Source: Octopus bimaculoides
Lineage: Eukaryota
Direction: 5' to 3'
Assembly: GCF_001194135.2 (NCBI RefSeq)
Contig: NC_068984.1
Location: 129,486,045 to 129,531,176 of the forward strand
DNA: 45,132 bases
Shown: positions 24,657 to 38,364 of the stretch, piece after piece
Position numbering within the stretch: position 1 is the first letter of the stretch
Layout: every line of letters starts with the position of its first letter
The notes under the pieces: model-generated
The model's input: only the letters and a program-made list of their open reading frames with translations
Databases searched by the model: none
What the model was told of the DNA's origin: nothing
Position numbers and translations under genes: made by a program

Positions 24657-25415
24657 GATCATCATCATCATCGTTTAACGTCCGCTTTCCATGCTAGCAT
24701 GGGTTGGACGATTTGACTGAGGACTGGTGAAACCGGATGGCAACACCAGGCTCCAATCTACTTTGGCAGAGTTTCTACAGCTGGATGCCCTTCCTAACGC
24801 CAACCACTCAGAGAGTGTAGTGGGTGCTTTTACGTGTCACCCGCACGAAAACGGCCATGCTCGAAATGGTGTCTTTTATGTGCCACCNNNNNNNNNNNNN
24901 NNNNNNNNNNNNNNNNNNNNNNNNNNNNNNNNNNNNNNNNNNNNNNNNNNNNNNNNNNNNNNNNNNNNNNNNNNNNNNNNNNNNNNNNNNNNNNNNNNNN
25001 NNNNNNNNNNNNNNNNNNNNNNNNNNNNNNNNNNNNNNNNNNNNNNNNNNNNNNNNNNNNNNNNNNNNNNNNNNNNNNNNNNNNNNNNNNNNNNNNNNNN
25101 NNNNNNNNNNNNNNNNNNNNNNNNNNCTGGCAACAACCTTACTTGGCTTGCCGGGTCTTCTCACGCACAGCACATTTCCAAAGGTCTCGGTCAGTAGTCA
25201 TCGCCTCGGTGAGACCCAATGTACGAAGGTCTTGCCTCACCACCTCAGCCCAGGTCTTCCTGGGTCTACCTCTTCCACGGGTTCCCTCAACTGTTAGGGT
25301 GTGGCACTTTTTCACGCAGCTATCCTCATCCATTCTCACCACATGTCCATACCAGCACAATCGTCTCTCTTGCACACCACAACTGATGCTTCTAATGTTC
25401 AGCTTTTCTCTAAAT
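24657..25415 (-). mobile_element. RTE-clade LINE 3' end: ORF C-terminus plus 3' UTR with (GAT)n tail, interrupted by a gap
   Basis: ERRLCWYGHVVRMDEDSCVKK...GTRGRGRPRKTW...DRDLWK is a typical RTE C-terminus. It is followed by the ...gcggacgttaaacgatgatgat tail. Confidence 0.9.
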
Positions 25416-26899
25416 GGTTTCCTTGGACACACACCAGTTAGCCAGTAACGAGCAGACAGGCAGCATCGTGATTGAGATGGTGACCACTGTGAGCCAAGGG
25501 ACCAGAAGGTAGCAGTTGCAGACCATGAACAGACAAGATAGAAAAACAACACAACACGACCAAATGACAAACACACACAGACACAAATTATGTTTCATAC
25601 AATTTTGTCCCATCAACATTCTCTTTTCTCATTTTTTTTTCTTCGCTGACTTAAAGCAGTTGGTAACTTTATGTAGCAGCATATTTGTTCATATTTCAAA
25701 TCAAGCTTTCTGCATCCAACATATAAATGCAACTGTAACCAAATAAATTATGGAAAATGCATATCTATTCTTTTTCATTTGTTTTCCTTTGATGTCGGTC
25801 CAACATGCCTACCATCATTCTGCTACACCCAACAACTTACACAGATCCATCAACATCACATTTCATCACACATTCCACTACAATTACCAAAAAAATTCCA
25901 AACATGAAAATCCGCCTTTCAAAACAATTTCAAAACCATTGTCGTTTTTAAAAGCGTTCCAACTATAACAGTCCCAAAGTCTAAATGTAACCATTTAAAA
26001 ATTTTTTTTCAAACTACAAACTCTTTCATGTTACATTCTACCATCTTTTTTAATGACATCTAAGATGTTGATGATGATGATGATACTTTCTACTTTTGGC
26101 ACAAGTTCTGAAGCGTTGGTGGAGGGGGTGAGCTGATTACATTGACCCCAGTGGTCAACTGAAACTTTATGACTTTCAATGCTAGAAATGTTTGAACACA
26201 GGGTGACTTGGTTTCCGATGGAAACGACACGCAACCCTCACCAAATGTCCATCTACCATCAAACAAATTCCATACATATATGCATGCATGTGTGTATGTA
26301 CATCAGGGATTATATTATCCAATGTGCCTTTCTTTAAGACGATAGAGTACGATTTGAGGGAAATGTGATTGCAAATTTTAGTAGGCCAATGTTACTCAGC
26401 TAGGCAAATCCTTCACCCTTGATTATATAATAACTCAGAGAAATGCAAAAATTGCAACAGTAAATGAGATAAAGAAAAATTTAAAAAATTATGAATTCAT
26501 ATCTCAGATTTAAATTAAGAGAAAAGAAACAAGAAAATCTCAAACTTATTCTATCAACTCTGAAAGGATGAAAGGCAAAGTAGGCCTCGGTGGAATTCAA
26601 ACTCAGAGTATAGCTTATTGTATACCATGCTCAGATGTACTACAGTTCGTTAAATATATGTAAAAGATGGACTATAAAGCAGTAGTAAGCAGAATAAAAA
26701 TTTATGGCAATGAAAGACAAAAGTGCATGCACAATTCACTGGATGAAACACAATAAGACAGAAATGTGAAAAGCAAAAAAATCCATAAGGAGCAACGGGT
26801 ATCTGGACTGCAGTTATTCCAATTTTGCAGAAAAAATCAGCAGTGCAGGGTCCGAGAACATGATGTCTGGATGGTGACTAGTACAAACTAATTTGATTT

Positions 26900-29000
26900 G
26901 TTAGAATAGGTTGTTTTTAAATACTGAAAGTCATCATCATAGGCTAAAACTTTCAATATGAAAGCAACTTCAGCATTATATGTGTTATTAATGTTGTTTG
27001 CCATGTCAAATAGCATCTGAACGACACAGTGCCTGGAATGTTATAAAATATATCTATACAGAACACATTCCAATGTCTAAATACAAACAACTTCACTCAA
27101 TACCCTTACAAACTGTCATCCTCCTGGAAACACCAGCAGATATCGTCACTCAGACATTCAAGAACATCATCAGACAGGATTGATCTAATTGTAAAAGTCA
27201 TGAACAATATCCCTACATCTTTATTAAACCATAAAACACCAACTCTATGTGAGTATGAGTGGAACTGTTTGCATGAGTAGGCGTATGAATATGTGCAAGT
27301 GAATGCTTATGTGAACTCCATCTGACGTAGTTATGATTCTTACGATAAAGAAGATTCCCTAGATTTCAGTGTTTATTGTAATATGCTTTACATACATCCA
27401 AACAAAATAATCAACCATATCAATGATTAGTGTTGGTGTAATGTATATTTTGTTCAGTTATTTTCCTCAAACTTATGTTGTTTAATATCTTTTCTCTTGT
27501 AAAGTGCAATGCTAGGACCTCATTAAAATATGTCATGTATCACGTCTCAACGCCTTTGAAGGCAACTTTGTTTTTTCCATTGATCACTAAAAAACAAAAA
27601 AAAAAATTGTATGATGTCAGGTATAGTAACCAATTTGCAGACTAATGAAAACATGGCATCAATGATGGTAGAGATACAGGTAAACATGCAGCTTACCATC
27701 ATAAAAAAGTGCAAGTAAGGGCAGAGATACACCAACATTTTTTAAAAGGACCCAAGAATGCCCCGACAGTATGCCTGAAACACTAACTCGTATAAGCCAT
27801 CGAATATAGCCAGGAATACTTTTGGGTGCAGATGAGTGGGCTTTATATGTAGGTCTCACCAACTTCTACACTCATGAAGTTGTCAAACATTGTCTTAATT
27901 TTTTTATCCAAACGATGAGTGTATTTATACATAGACTAAAGAAGACCGATGGATGCTTGCCAAGAAGGAAATTAGCCAACAACGTGGAATTAGTAGTGAA
28001 AATAAATTGCCCATCATCACTTCAATGATGAAGGCAATCTTTCACTTTTTTTAAAATGGTAAACTGCATTTTAACTCAGACTTGGCCATCACCACCAACG
28101 TGAATTAAGTAAACAAGATATTCATAGTTTATTTTACAAAAAATGTGACTAGTTAGAAGAGAATCATGAGGAAATTGTGAAGAATATAAGTTTTATGGGT
28201 GGTATTGTTACAACATGCTAAGTGTATTGGTGCATGTAACCCAGCAACTTATGCTGCTGTCATGGGTAAAACCTGTTTGAAAGATTACCAGAGCAGTTAA
28301 AACTGAAGATATGAAATTCTACAAAAATGCAAGATTTTGTATCCAGTGAAAACATATACAGCAGTTGACTTCATTTCATGTTCAGTCACACGTGGTCCAT
28401 GTGCCAATCATGTACAGACACCATTTTCAACCAATAAGGCTCCAGAGTTCATGTGATAATTTTAGAGAATTCCTGCATTAACGGCATTACAAGAAGCAGA
28501 AAAGAGGTAATAATTTATAGTCAATCACCAAAGAAAAAGGTATATGTAAGACAAAATGATAAAAGAATGTACAGTATAAGTAGATGGTTGAAATGGAGCA
28601 AAATGTGTAATTTTAAAAAGTATTTATTAAGAACGTTCTTGTTATTACTATGTAATATCTTGTCTGCATGAATACATTCATTTCATACACAATGAATTTT
28701 TTTCAAAATAGCAAATGTCCANNNNNNNNNNNNNNNNNNNNNNNNNNNNNNNNNNNNNNNNNNNNNNNNNNNNNNNNNNNNNNNNNNNNNNNNNNNNNNN
28801 NNNNNNNNNNNNNNNNNNNNNNNNNNNNNNNNNNNNNNNNNNNNNNNNNNNNNNNNNNNNNNNNNNNNNNNATTGTTTGCTGTGGTAAAATATAATTAGT
28901 TTTGTGAATGCTGCAGTCACATATTTTTATGGATAGATCCATGTGAAGCGAAGTTGGATTTTTGAGTGAATGACTTACCATACATATCACAGTGAAATGG
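26900..29000 (-). repeat. Segmental duplication of the ZNF 3' flank (B 26900-29000 vs C about 35550-38364)
   Basis: Collinear blocks such as aagaagattccctagatttc, tagccaggaatactttt, gatgcttgccaagaagga and aatcaccaaagaaaaagg occur in both. Confidence 0.85.
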
Positions 29001-30690
<1,690 letters not shown>

Positions 30691-33113
30691 TTCTTCAATG
30701 GATGAAAATAGATCAAATATTTAAAATTTTCCACAGTATTAAATTCTAATTACAGTTTATTCTTTTCAAATATTTCCACCATTATCTGCTACAGTCTTCT
30801 CTGAAACTTGAATATCCTGAGAACTCTTAGAAATCCATATAAGTTTAATTGCAATTCAAACACACCAGGCTGTTGTTCTTCTCAATTCAGAGCAAGTATT
30901 TCACAGTGATCCTGTCATAGATTTATCATAAAAGGATTGTATCTCTTCTGCTTAACATTCTCCTTAATCTTCAAGAGATCATAAATATAGAAGATATATC
31001 CTCTGTGAAAAAACTTCTTTTATGCCAATGTTATCAGTTAATCTGAAATAACAAAGACACAATATAAGATACAAGGGATAGATAAACATGAAAATTTAAC
31101 AACATTTCTATATTGATAGACAAATTATGTCCTAAAAATTGTATGAAATCTACATGTTTGTAAACTACAGTTACATCTTCACATTGTGCACCGTTATATT
31201 AAACAACAGAATAATGGACATTAACATTCTTCTTTCATGACAAACATCATTTGTCATTGTTGTTTAGCTCCAGATCAGCCTTGTTTGAGCAAACTTATGA
31301 TCAAAAACATTGCATCCATGACTATCCTGTCTTTTGTCCACTTGTTATGTATTTGTCAATATAATCATTTTATGTCGGTTTCCATGCTGGCATGGGTTAA
31401 ACAGTTTGATAGGAGCTGGCAACGACAGGGCCCAAATCAGTTTCCATTATTGTCTGTTTTGGCATGCATTCCACAGCTGCATGCCCTTCCTAACTTCAAC
31501 CACTTAACAGAGTGTACTGGGTGCTTTTAACATAGCACCAGAACCAGTGTTTTTTATGTGATACCAGCATTATCTTCAAGGTCAAGTTACTTATAACCTC
31601 TGTTTAATACTAATATCCTTAACTGCACCATGACACATAGTTCATTTCCTCACTATCCTTCTCCACTTCTTGGCCCTTTGAAGTCTATACACACTTTGGT
31701 TGTATCCCTCAGTTTTTTTCCTATGCACACATAACAACATCCCCACATCTCTAGATTATTCTCTCATACACTCCTTTTGTTCCCTTTGTACTCTATCTCA
31801 TCTTATATCTCTTTCTCTCACAGTATATATTGACATATACGTGCATGTACACACACACACACACACACACTTTTATAATTCACTTGTTTCCCTTATTAAA
31901 CTCTGGCTATGCTGGGGCACTGCGTTGAAGAACTTTCAGTCGAATGTATCAACCCCAGTACTTATTTTTATATGCCTGGTTCTTATTCTACCGTTCTCTT
32001 TTGCCAAACCACTAAGTTATGGTGACGTAAACACACCAGCATCAGTTGTCAAGAGGTATTGGTTGACAAAGACAGACACAAAAACACATACACACAGATA
32101 TATATGTGCATATATACAACAGGCTACTTTCAGTTTCCGGTACTACTAAAGCAGCGCGAACCCGAACGCGCAGTCGCGCGTCCGCGCTAGCTAGTCGTGA
32201 GTGGTCGATCCTAACCCTAACCCTAAACACGTATTCATTTGCACACGCGGGTTAGAGATAGGGTTAGGGTTAGGGACAGGGTTAGAGTAAGGGTTAGGGA
32301 TAGGGTTAGGGTTAGGATCGACCACTCAAGACTAGCTAACTCGGACNNNNNNNNNNNNNNNNNNNNNNNNNNNNNNNNNNNNNNNNNNNNNNNNNNNNNN
32401 NNNNNNNNNNNNNNNNNNNNNNNNNNNNNNNNNNNNNNNNNNNNNNNNNNNNNNNNNNNNNNNNNNNNNNNNNNNNNNNNNNNNNNNNNNNNNNNNNNNN
32501 NNNNNNNNNNNNNNNNNNNNNNNNNNNNNNNNNNNNNNNNNNNNNNNNNNNNNNNNNNNNNNNNNNNNNNNNNNNNNNNNNNNNNNNNNNNNNNNNNNNN
32601 NNNNNNNNNNNNNNNNNNNNNNNNNNNNNNNNNNNNNNNNNNNNNNNNNNNNNNNNNNNNNNNNNNNNNNNNNNNNNNNNNNNNNNNNNNNNNNNNNNNN
32701 NNNNNNNNNNNNNNNNNNNNNNNNNNNNNNNNNNNNNNNNNNNNNNNNNNNNNNNNNNNNNNNNNNNNNNNNNNNNNNNNNNNNNNNNNNNNNNNNNNNN
32801 NNNNNNNNNNNNNNNNNNNNNNNNNNNNNNNNNNNNNNNNNNNNNNNNNNNNNNNNNNNNNNNNNNNNNNNNNNNNNNNNNNNNNNNNNNNNNNNNNNNN
32901 NNNNNNNNNNNNNNNNNNNNNNNNNNNNNNNNNNNNNNNNNNNNNNNNNNNNNNNNNNNNNNNNNNNNNNNNNNNNNNNNNNNNNNNNNNNNNNNNNNNN
33001 NNNNNNNNNNNNNNNNNNNNNNNNNNNNNNNNNNNNNNNNNNNNNNNNNNNNNNNNNNNNNNNNNNNNNNNNNNNNNNNNNNNNNNNNNNNNNNNNNNNN
33101 NNNNNNNNNNNNC

Positions 33114-33368
33114 GGTACTACTAAAGCAGCGCGAACCCGAACGCGCAGTCGCGCGTCCGCGCTAGCTAGTCGTGAGTGGTCGATCCTAACCCTAACCCTA
33201 AACACGTATTCATTTGCACACGCGGGTTAGGGTTAGGGTTAGGCATAGCGTTAGGGTTAGGGACAGGGTTAGGGTTAGGATTAGTGACAGGGTCAGGGCT
33301 AGGATCAACCACTCACGACTAGCTAGCGCAGACGCGCGACTGCGCGACCGTGCTGCTTTAGTAGTACC
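33114..33368. mobile_element. Same GGTACTAC/TTAGGG MITE family, longer telomeric tract
   Basis: Both TIR ends present. Another copy starts at 32139 and runs into the gap at 32347. Confidence 0.85.
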
Positions 33369-34714
33369 CATTTTTTTTCTCTTTTCAAAACGGAAAATCT
33401 ATAGCGACCGCGAGAAGCTTCGCTACAAATCTAAAGACTTAGAAAGAAGGAAAACAAAAATACCAAAGCTCGAGAAAAAGCAAATTGATAACTTACAATA
33501 GAAATGAAGATTAAGACTTGTGCTCGGCAAACAACGCTGGTTGATAAGTCTCTAGAACAGAAGTTAAAAATAGGGCACTTCCTCTAAAAACAAGTTACGA
33601 CGACGAAGGTGGATTTCTGTTATTATAGTGGAAGATTGTTGTTGTTGGCACTGCGTCGCTTACGACGTCGAGGGTTCCAGTTGGTCCGATCAACGGAACA
33701 GCCTGCTCGTGAAATTAACGTGCAAGTGGCTGAGCACTCCACAGTGTTATTATAGTGGAAAATACGACTTAGAGATAAATAAAACATGAAATGTCTGTTA
33801 AAAAAAATTGGGCGGAGGTAAAGATCATGGACTGCACTCCTTTTGCAATTTTTTTAGTGTTTTATTCTTACGGGAACACACTATATCGCGGGCGGAGATT
33901 CCGAATCTGCCAAAAAATCAGCATTTCATAATTTAAATCCCCCCATTCACACACACACACCTAAATTTCTTAAATTTTCACTTTCTTTAAAAAAATTTTT
34001 TTTTTTTTTNNNNNNNNNNNNNNNNNNNNNNNNNNNNNNNNNNNNNNNNNNNNNNNNNNNNNNNNNNNNNNNNNNNNNNNNNNNNNNNNNNNNNNNNNNN
34101 NNNNNNNNNNNNNNNNNNNNNNNNNNNNNNNNNNNNNNNNNNNNNNNNNNNNNNNNNNNNNNNNNNNNNNNNNNNNNNNNNNNNNNNNNNNNNNNNNNNN
34201 NNNNNNNNNNNNNNNNNNNNNNNNNNNNNNNNNNNNNNNNNNNNNNNNNNNNNNNNNNNNNNNNNNNNNNNNNNNNNNNNNNNNNNNNNNNNNNNNNNNN
34301 NNNNNNNNNNNNNNNNNNNNNNNNNNNNNNNNNNNNNNNNNNNNNNNNNNNNNNNNNNNNNNNNNNNNNNNNNNNNNNNNNNNNNNNNNNNNNNNNNNNN
34401 NNNNNNNNNNNNNNNNNNNNNNNNNNNNNNNNNNNNNNNNNNNNNNNNNNNNNNNNNNNNNNNNNNNNNNNNNNNNNNNNNNNCAAAAGAGGAAAAAAAA
34501 ATTTTAATGTCAAAGGATTACCGAAAACGTTTCCATCCCTTTTTTAAATATTCCCCAAACAAGCATCCTGTTGCTTTTAAAAGCATCCCACTTGTGGAAG
34601 TCCTGATGTCTAAATGTAATCATTGCGTTTATTTTATTTTATTTTTTCAAACTTAAAAATCTCTTTCCTGTTAAGTCTACCAAATTTTTTAATCACATCG
34701 AAGAGGGACGCAGT

Positions 34715-35205
34715 TTTTCCCCCACGGACCCGACTTGCGAACTCATTTGCATACAGCCAATCAGAGCTCAACTATCAAACTAATTTATGAGCGCATAACA
34801 AGTGTTGGGCAATAAGTTAAGGTCGCTTGAGTAAGGAATAACCATGGTTTTCTTCTCTTTTGCTGAGGCTTGTGTTTCAACCATGGCTGCGTCAGCATAG
34901 TTACTTGTGTTGTTTTTTACTTTCTAAAACAGTACGGGGAGAAGGTTGCTAGCACATCACCCTATGCCCACATCTTTACCATATGGGGCCCTAGCAAAAT
35001 CCGATAATAGGTATCGATACAAATCCATCTAATTACTTGTCTCCTTGCGTAACTTGGTGATCGGTCAACTTACAACACCGTTCTTCATCTTGAGTTTACT
35101 TGGTAGAGATTGTTTGTTAACTTGAGAGGGTCAAGGTTAGCTCTGATATCGGCTGTATGCAAATGAGTTCATTACTGGGGTCCGAAACTCTCGTGGGGAA
35201 AAAAA
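34715..35205. other. Region bounded by imperfect inverted repeats carrying octamer (ATTTGCAT) and CCAAT-like motifs
   Basis: gaactcatttgcatacagccaatcagagctcaac (about 34739) vs gttagctctgatatcggctgtatgcaaatgagttc (about 35137). Confidence 0.6.
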
Positions 35206-35970
35206 TTTTGCTAGCGGGACACGTGATTATTTCACAGAATTAAGGGTAAACTTACCGGGTTTCTTCTGAAACCTTTATCCAAAAAACCTGAAAGCATAGC
35301 CGGTGCTGTGTCTGAATAGAAAAATAGTTGCTCACCTGATTCTTATTGAAAAGCGAAACACTGCAATATGATGATTACTTAATGCACTTTATATACATTA
35401 TGCACAACTTTATTATAGACTTAATACAGAAATCTCATCAAACAAGTACTAATTTTTTTTCTTCTTCCATTGTTCCCATAAAGACAAAAGTATATTGCTG
35501 TACATATTATACAACATTCTGTTACATGCCATGTAAATAAGCGTGAATATTTCACGGAAAGCTCCTGGAATGTGATTATCTATACAGTTATACATTCCAA
35601 CATCTAAGCACAAACAACGTCACTCATTATCTTTACAAAACGCCATCTTCCTGGAAACACCAGCAGATCTCATTTCTTCCTTGTAGATGTCACTCAGACA
35701 TTCAAGATGTAAAAGTTATCAACAATCTCCCTAGATTTTTACTACGCAATAAAACATTAACTATGTATGTATGAGTGGAAATGTGTAGGTGTGTGCTTAT
35801 GTGTCAGTTTGTACATGCACTTGAATGTGAATATTTATGTGAGTTGTGTTTGACATAGTTATGATTATGACAATAAAGAAGATTCCCTAGATTTCCATGT
35901 TCATTGTAATATACCTTACATATGTCCAACCATATCAATGATTACTGTTCCACAAACTTATTTTGTTTAA

Positions 35971-36412
35971 GGTAATTTTCCAGTTTCGGGAGGTAAAAAA
36001 AGTAAATAAAAATACAAGGGAAATAACTTAACGTCTTACTAGTATTATCTATACTCTCCTCACCCCACCCCTTCGCGAGCGCGCATTCTTCATATTCGTT
36101 CACAGCAAGTTGTTTTAGACCTATTACACTAATTTATTTTTTTATTTTTGAGCTCGGGTCAAACGCTTTAGTTTGACCGTTATTTCCCTATACTGGAAGA
36201 TTACCATAAGTTGTTGTACAGCTGGTACTATGATATTCAATCTCGTGTGTGATTTATATATAAAGTTAACTTCAATCACGTGTGTGATTTTATTTATAAA
36301 CAGCTAAAAAAACAAACATTTCAGAGTAGTACGGATAATACTAGTAAGACGTTAAGTTATTTCCCTTGTATTTTATTTACTTTTTTTTACCTCCCAAAAC
36401 TGGAAGATTACC
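35971..36412. mobile_element. MITE with about 80-bp TIRs (GGTAAT...), 442 bp, 9-bp TSD
   Basis: TSD tttgtttaa at 35962-35970 and 36413-36421. Single gttgtttaa at the paralogous site 27477-27485. An extra internal right end (ctggaagattacc) finishes at 36205. Confidence 0.88.
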
Positions 36413-37046
36413 TTTGTTTAATACATTTTCTCTTGTAAAGTGCAGTGTTTGGAGTCATTAAAATATGTCATGTATCATATACCCACATCTTTGAAGGCAA
36501 CTTTATATTTTTTTTTATTCAAAACTGAAAAACAAGTACAAAAAAAGGTATTTGTATCACATCTGCTATATTAACCAATTTGCAGACTAACAAAAATGTG
36601 GCATCAATGATGGTGCAGGTATGGGTTAAGAAGCATCTTACTAATCATAAAAAAAAAGTGTAAGGAGTTGTCCTAAAAAAGACTCAAGTCAGGGCAGATA
36701 CACCAACATTTGTAAAAAGGACAGGAAGAACTCACAGACAGTATGTCTGAAACACATTAACTGATATAAGTCATCAAATATAGCCAGGAATACTTTTGGT
36801 AGCTGATGTGTGGGCTTTATACGTAGGTCTCACCAACTTCTAGACTAATAAAGTTGTCAGCGACTGCCTCAATTTTTTTAACCTAACAATGAGAATATCT
36901 ATGCATAGACTAAAGACCAATGGATGCTTGCCAAGAAGGAAGTTAGCCAACAATGTGGAACTAGTAGAGAAAATAAATTGCCCATGATGAAGGCAATCAT
37001 TCACTTTTTTTTAAATGGTAAACTGCATTTTAACCCAGACTTGGCC

Positions 37047-37225
37047 GGTACTACTAAAGCAGCGCGGACCCGAACGCGCTAGCTAGTCTTGAGTGGTCGA
37101 TCCTAACCCTAACCCGCGTGTGCAAATGAATACGTGTTTAGGGTTAGGGTTAGGATCGAGCACTCACGACTAGCTAGCGCGGACGCGCGACTGCGCGTTC
37201 GGGTCCGCGCTGCTTTAGTAGTACC
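37047..37225. mobile_element. Palindromic MITE with telomeric repeats, 179 bp, 9-bp TSD
   Basis: TIR ggtactactaaagcagcgcggacccgaacgcg. TSD gacttggcc at 37038-37046 and 37226-37234. Empty paralogous site at 28079-28087. Confidence 0.92.
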
Positions 37226-38364
37226 GACTTGGCCATCACCACCAATGTGAATAAAGTAGACTCATAGAATAAAGATACTCATAGTTTATTTCACAAAAAA
37301 AGTAACTAGCTAGAATAGAATCACCAGGAAATTATGAAGAATATAAGTTTTATAGGTGTTATTGTTACATGTTAAGTGTACTGGTACATGTATCCCTGCA
37401 ACTTATGTCACAGGTAAAACCTGTTCAAAGGAGTACCAAAGGCAGTACCAAACTGAAATTCTACAAAAATGCAAGTTTTTTATATCCAGTGAACAGAATC
37501 TGTTTCAATTTAATGTAATATTCACAAGTACGAGTGATTCCCAGTAGTTTTGATGGTCAGATTACTTCCAAACACAAAAACAACTCCTTCAGAAAACATA
37601 TACAGCAGTTGACTTCATTTCATGTTCAGTCACACGTGGTTCATGTGCCAATCATGTACAGACACCATTTTCAACCAATAAGGCTCCAGAGTTCATGTGA
37701 TAATTTTAGAGAATTCCTGCATTAACAGCATTACAAGAAGCAGAAAAGAGGTAATAATTTATAGTCAATCACCAAAGAAAAAGGTATATGTAAGACAAAA
37801 TGATAAAAGAATGTACAGTNNNNNNNNNNAGGTAATAATTTATAGTCAATCACCAAAGAAAAAGGTATATGTAAGACAAAATGATAAAAGAATGTACAGT
37901 ATAAGTAGATGGTTGAAATGGAGCAAAATGTGTAATTTTAAAAAGTATTTATTAAGAACGTTCTTGTTATTACTATGTAATATCTTGTCTGCATGAATAC
38001 ATTCATGGTTATATCAGTCATTTCATACACAATGAATTTTTTTCAAAATAGCAAATGTCCAAATAAAGTATGCGTATCCAAGGTAAGACATCACTACAGG
38101 GGCTGAAATAAGGAAGTGCTTCAGGCTATAGAACATTACTTCAAAAACAGTACCATCATGTATATAATTATTCATGGACTACTTTTATGTGCATAAAGCG
38201 AATCTGATTTATTACGGAAAATGTTTTTTTTAAATATTGTTTGCTGTGGTAAAATATAATTAGTTTTGTGAATGCTGCAGTCACATATTTTTATGGATAG
38301 ATCCATGTGAAGCGAAGTTGGATTTTTGAGTGAATGACTTACCATACATATCACAGTGAAATGG

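Noticed and set aside
37748-37900. About 70-bp direct duplication either side of a 10-N gap
   Set aside because: Typical unmerged contig overlap; the paralog at 28500-28580 has a single copy.
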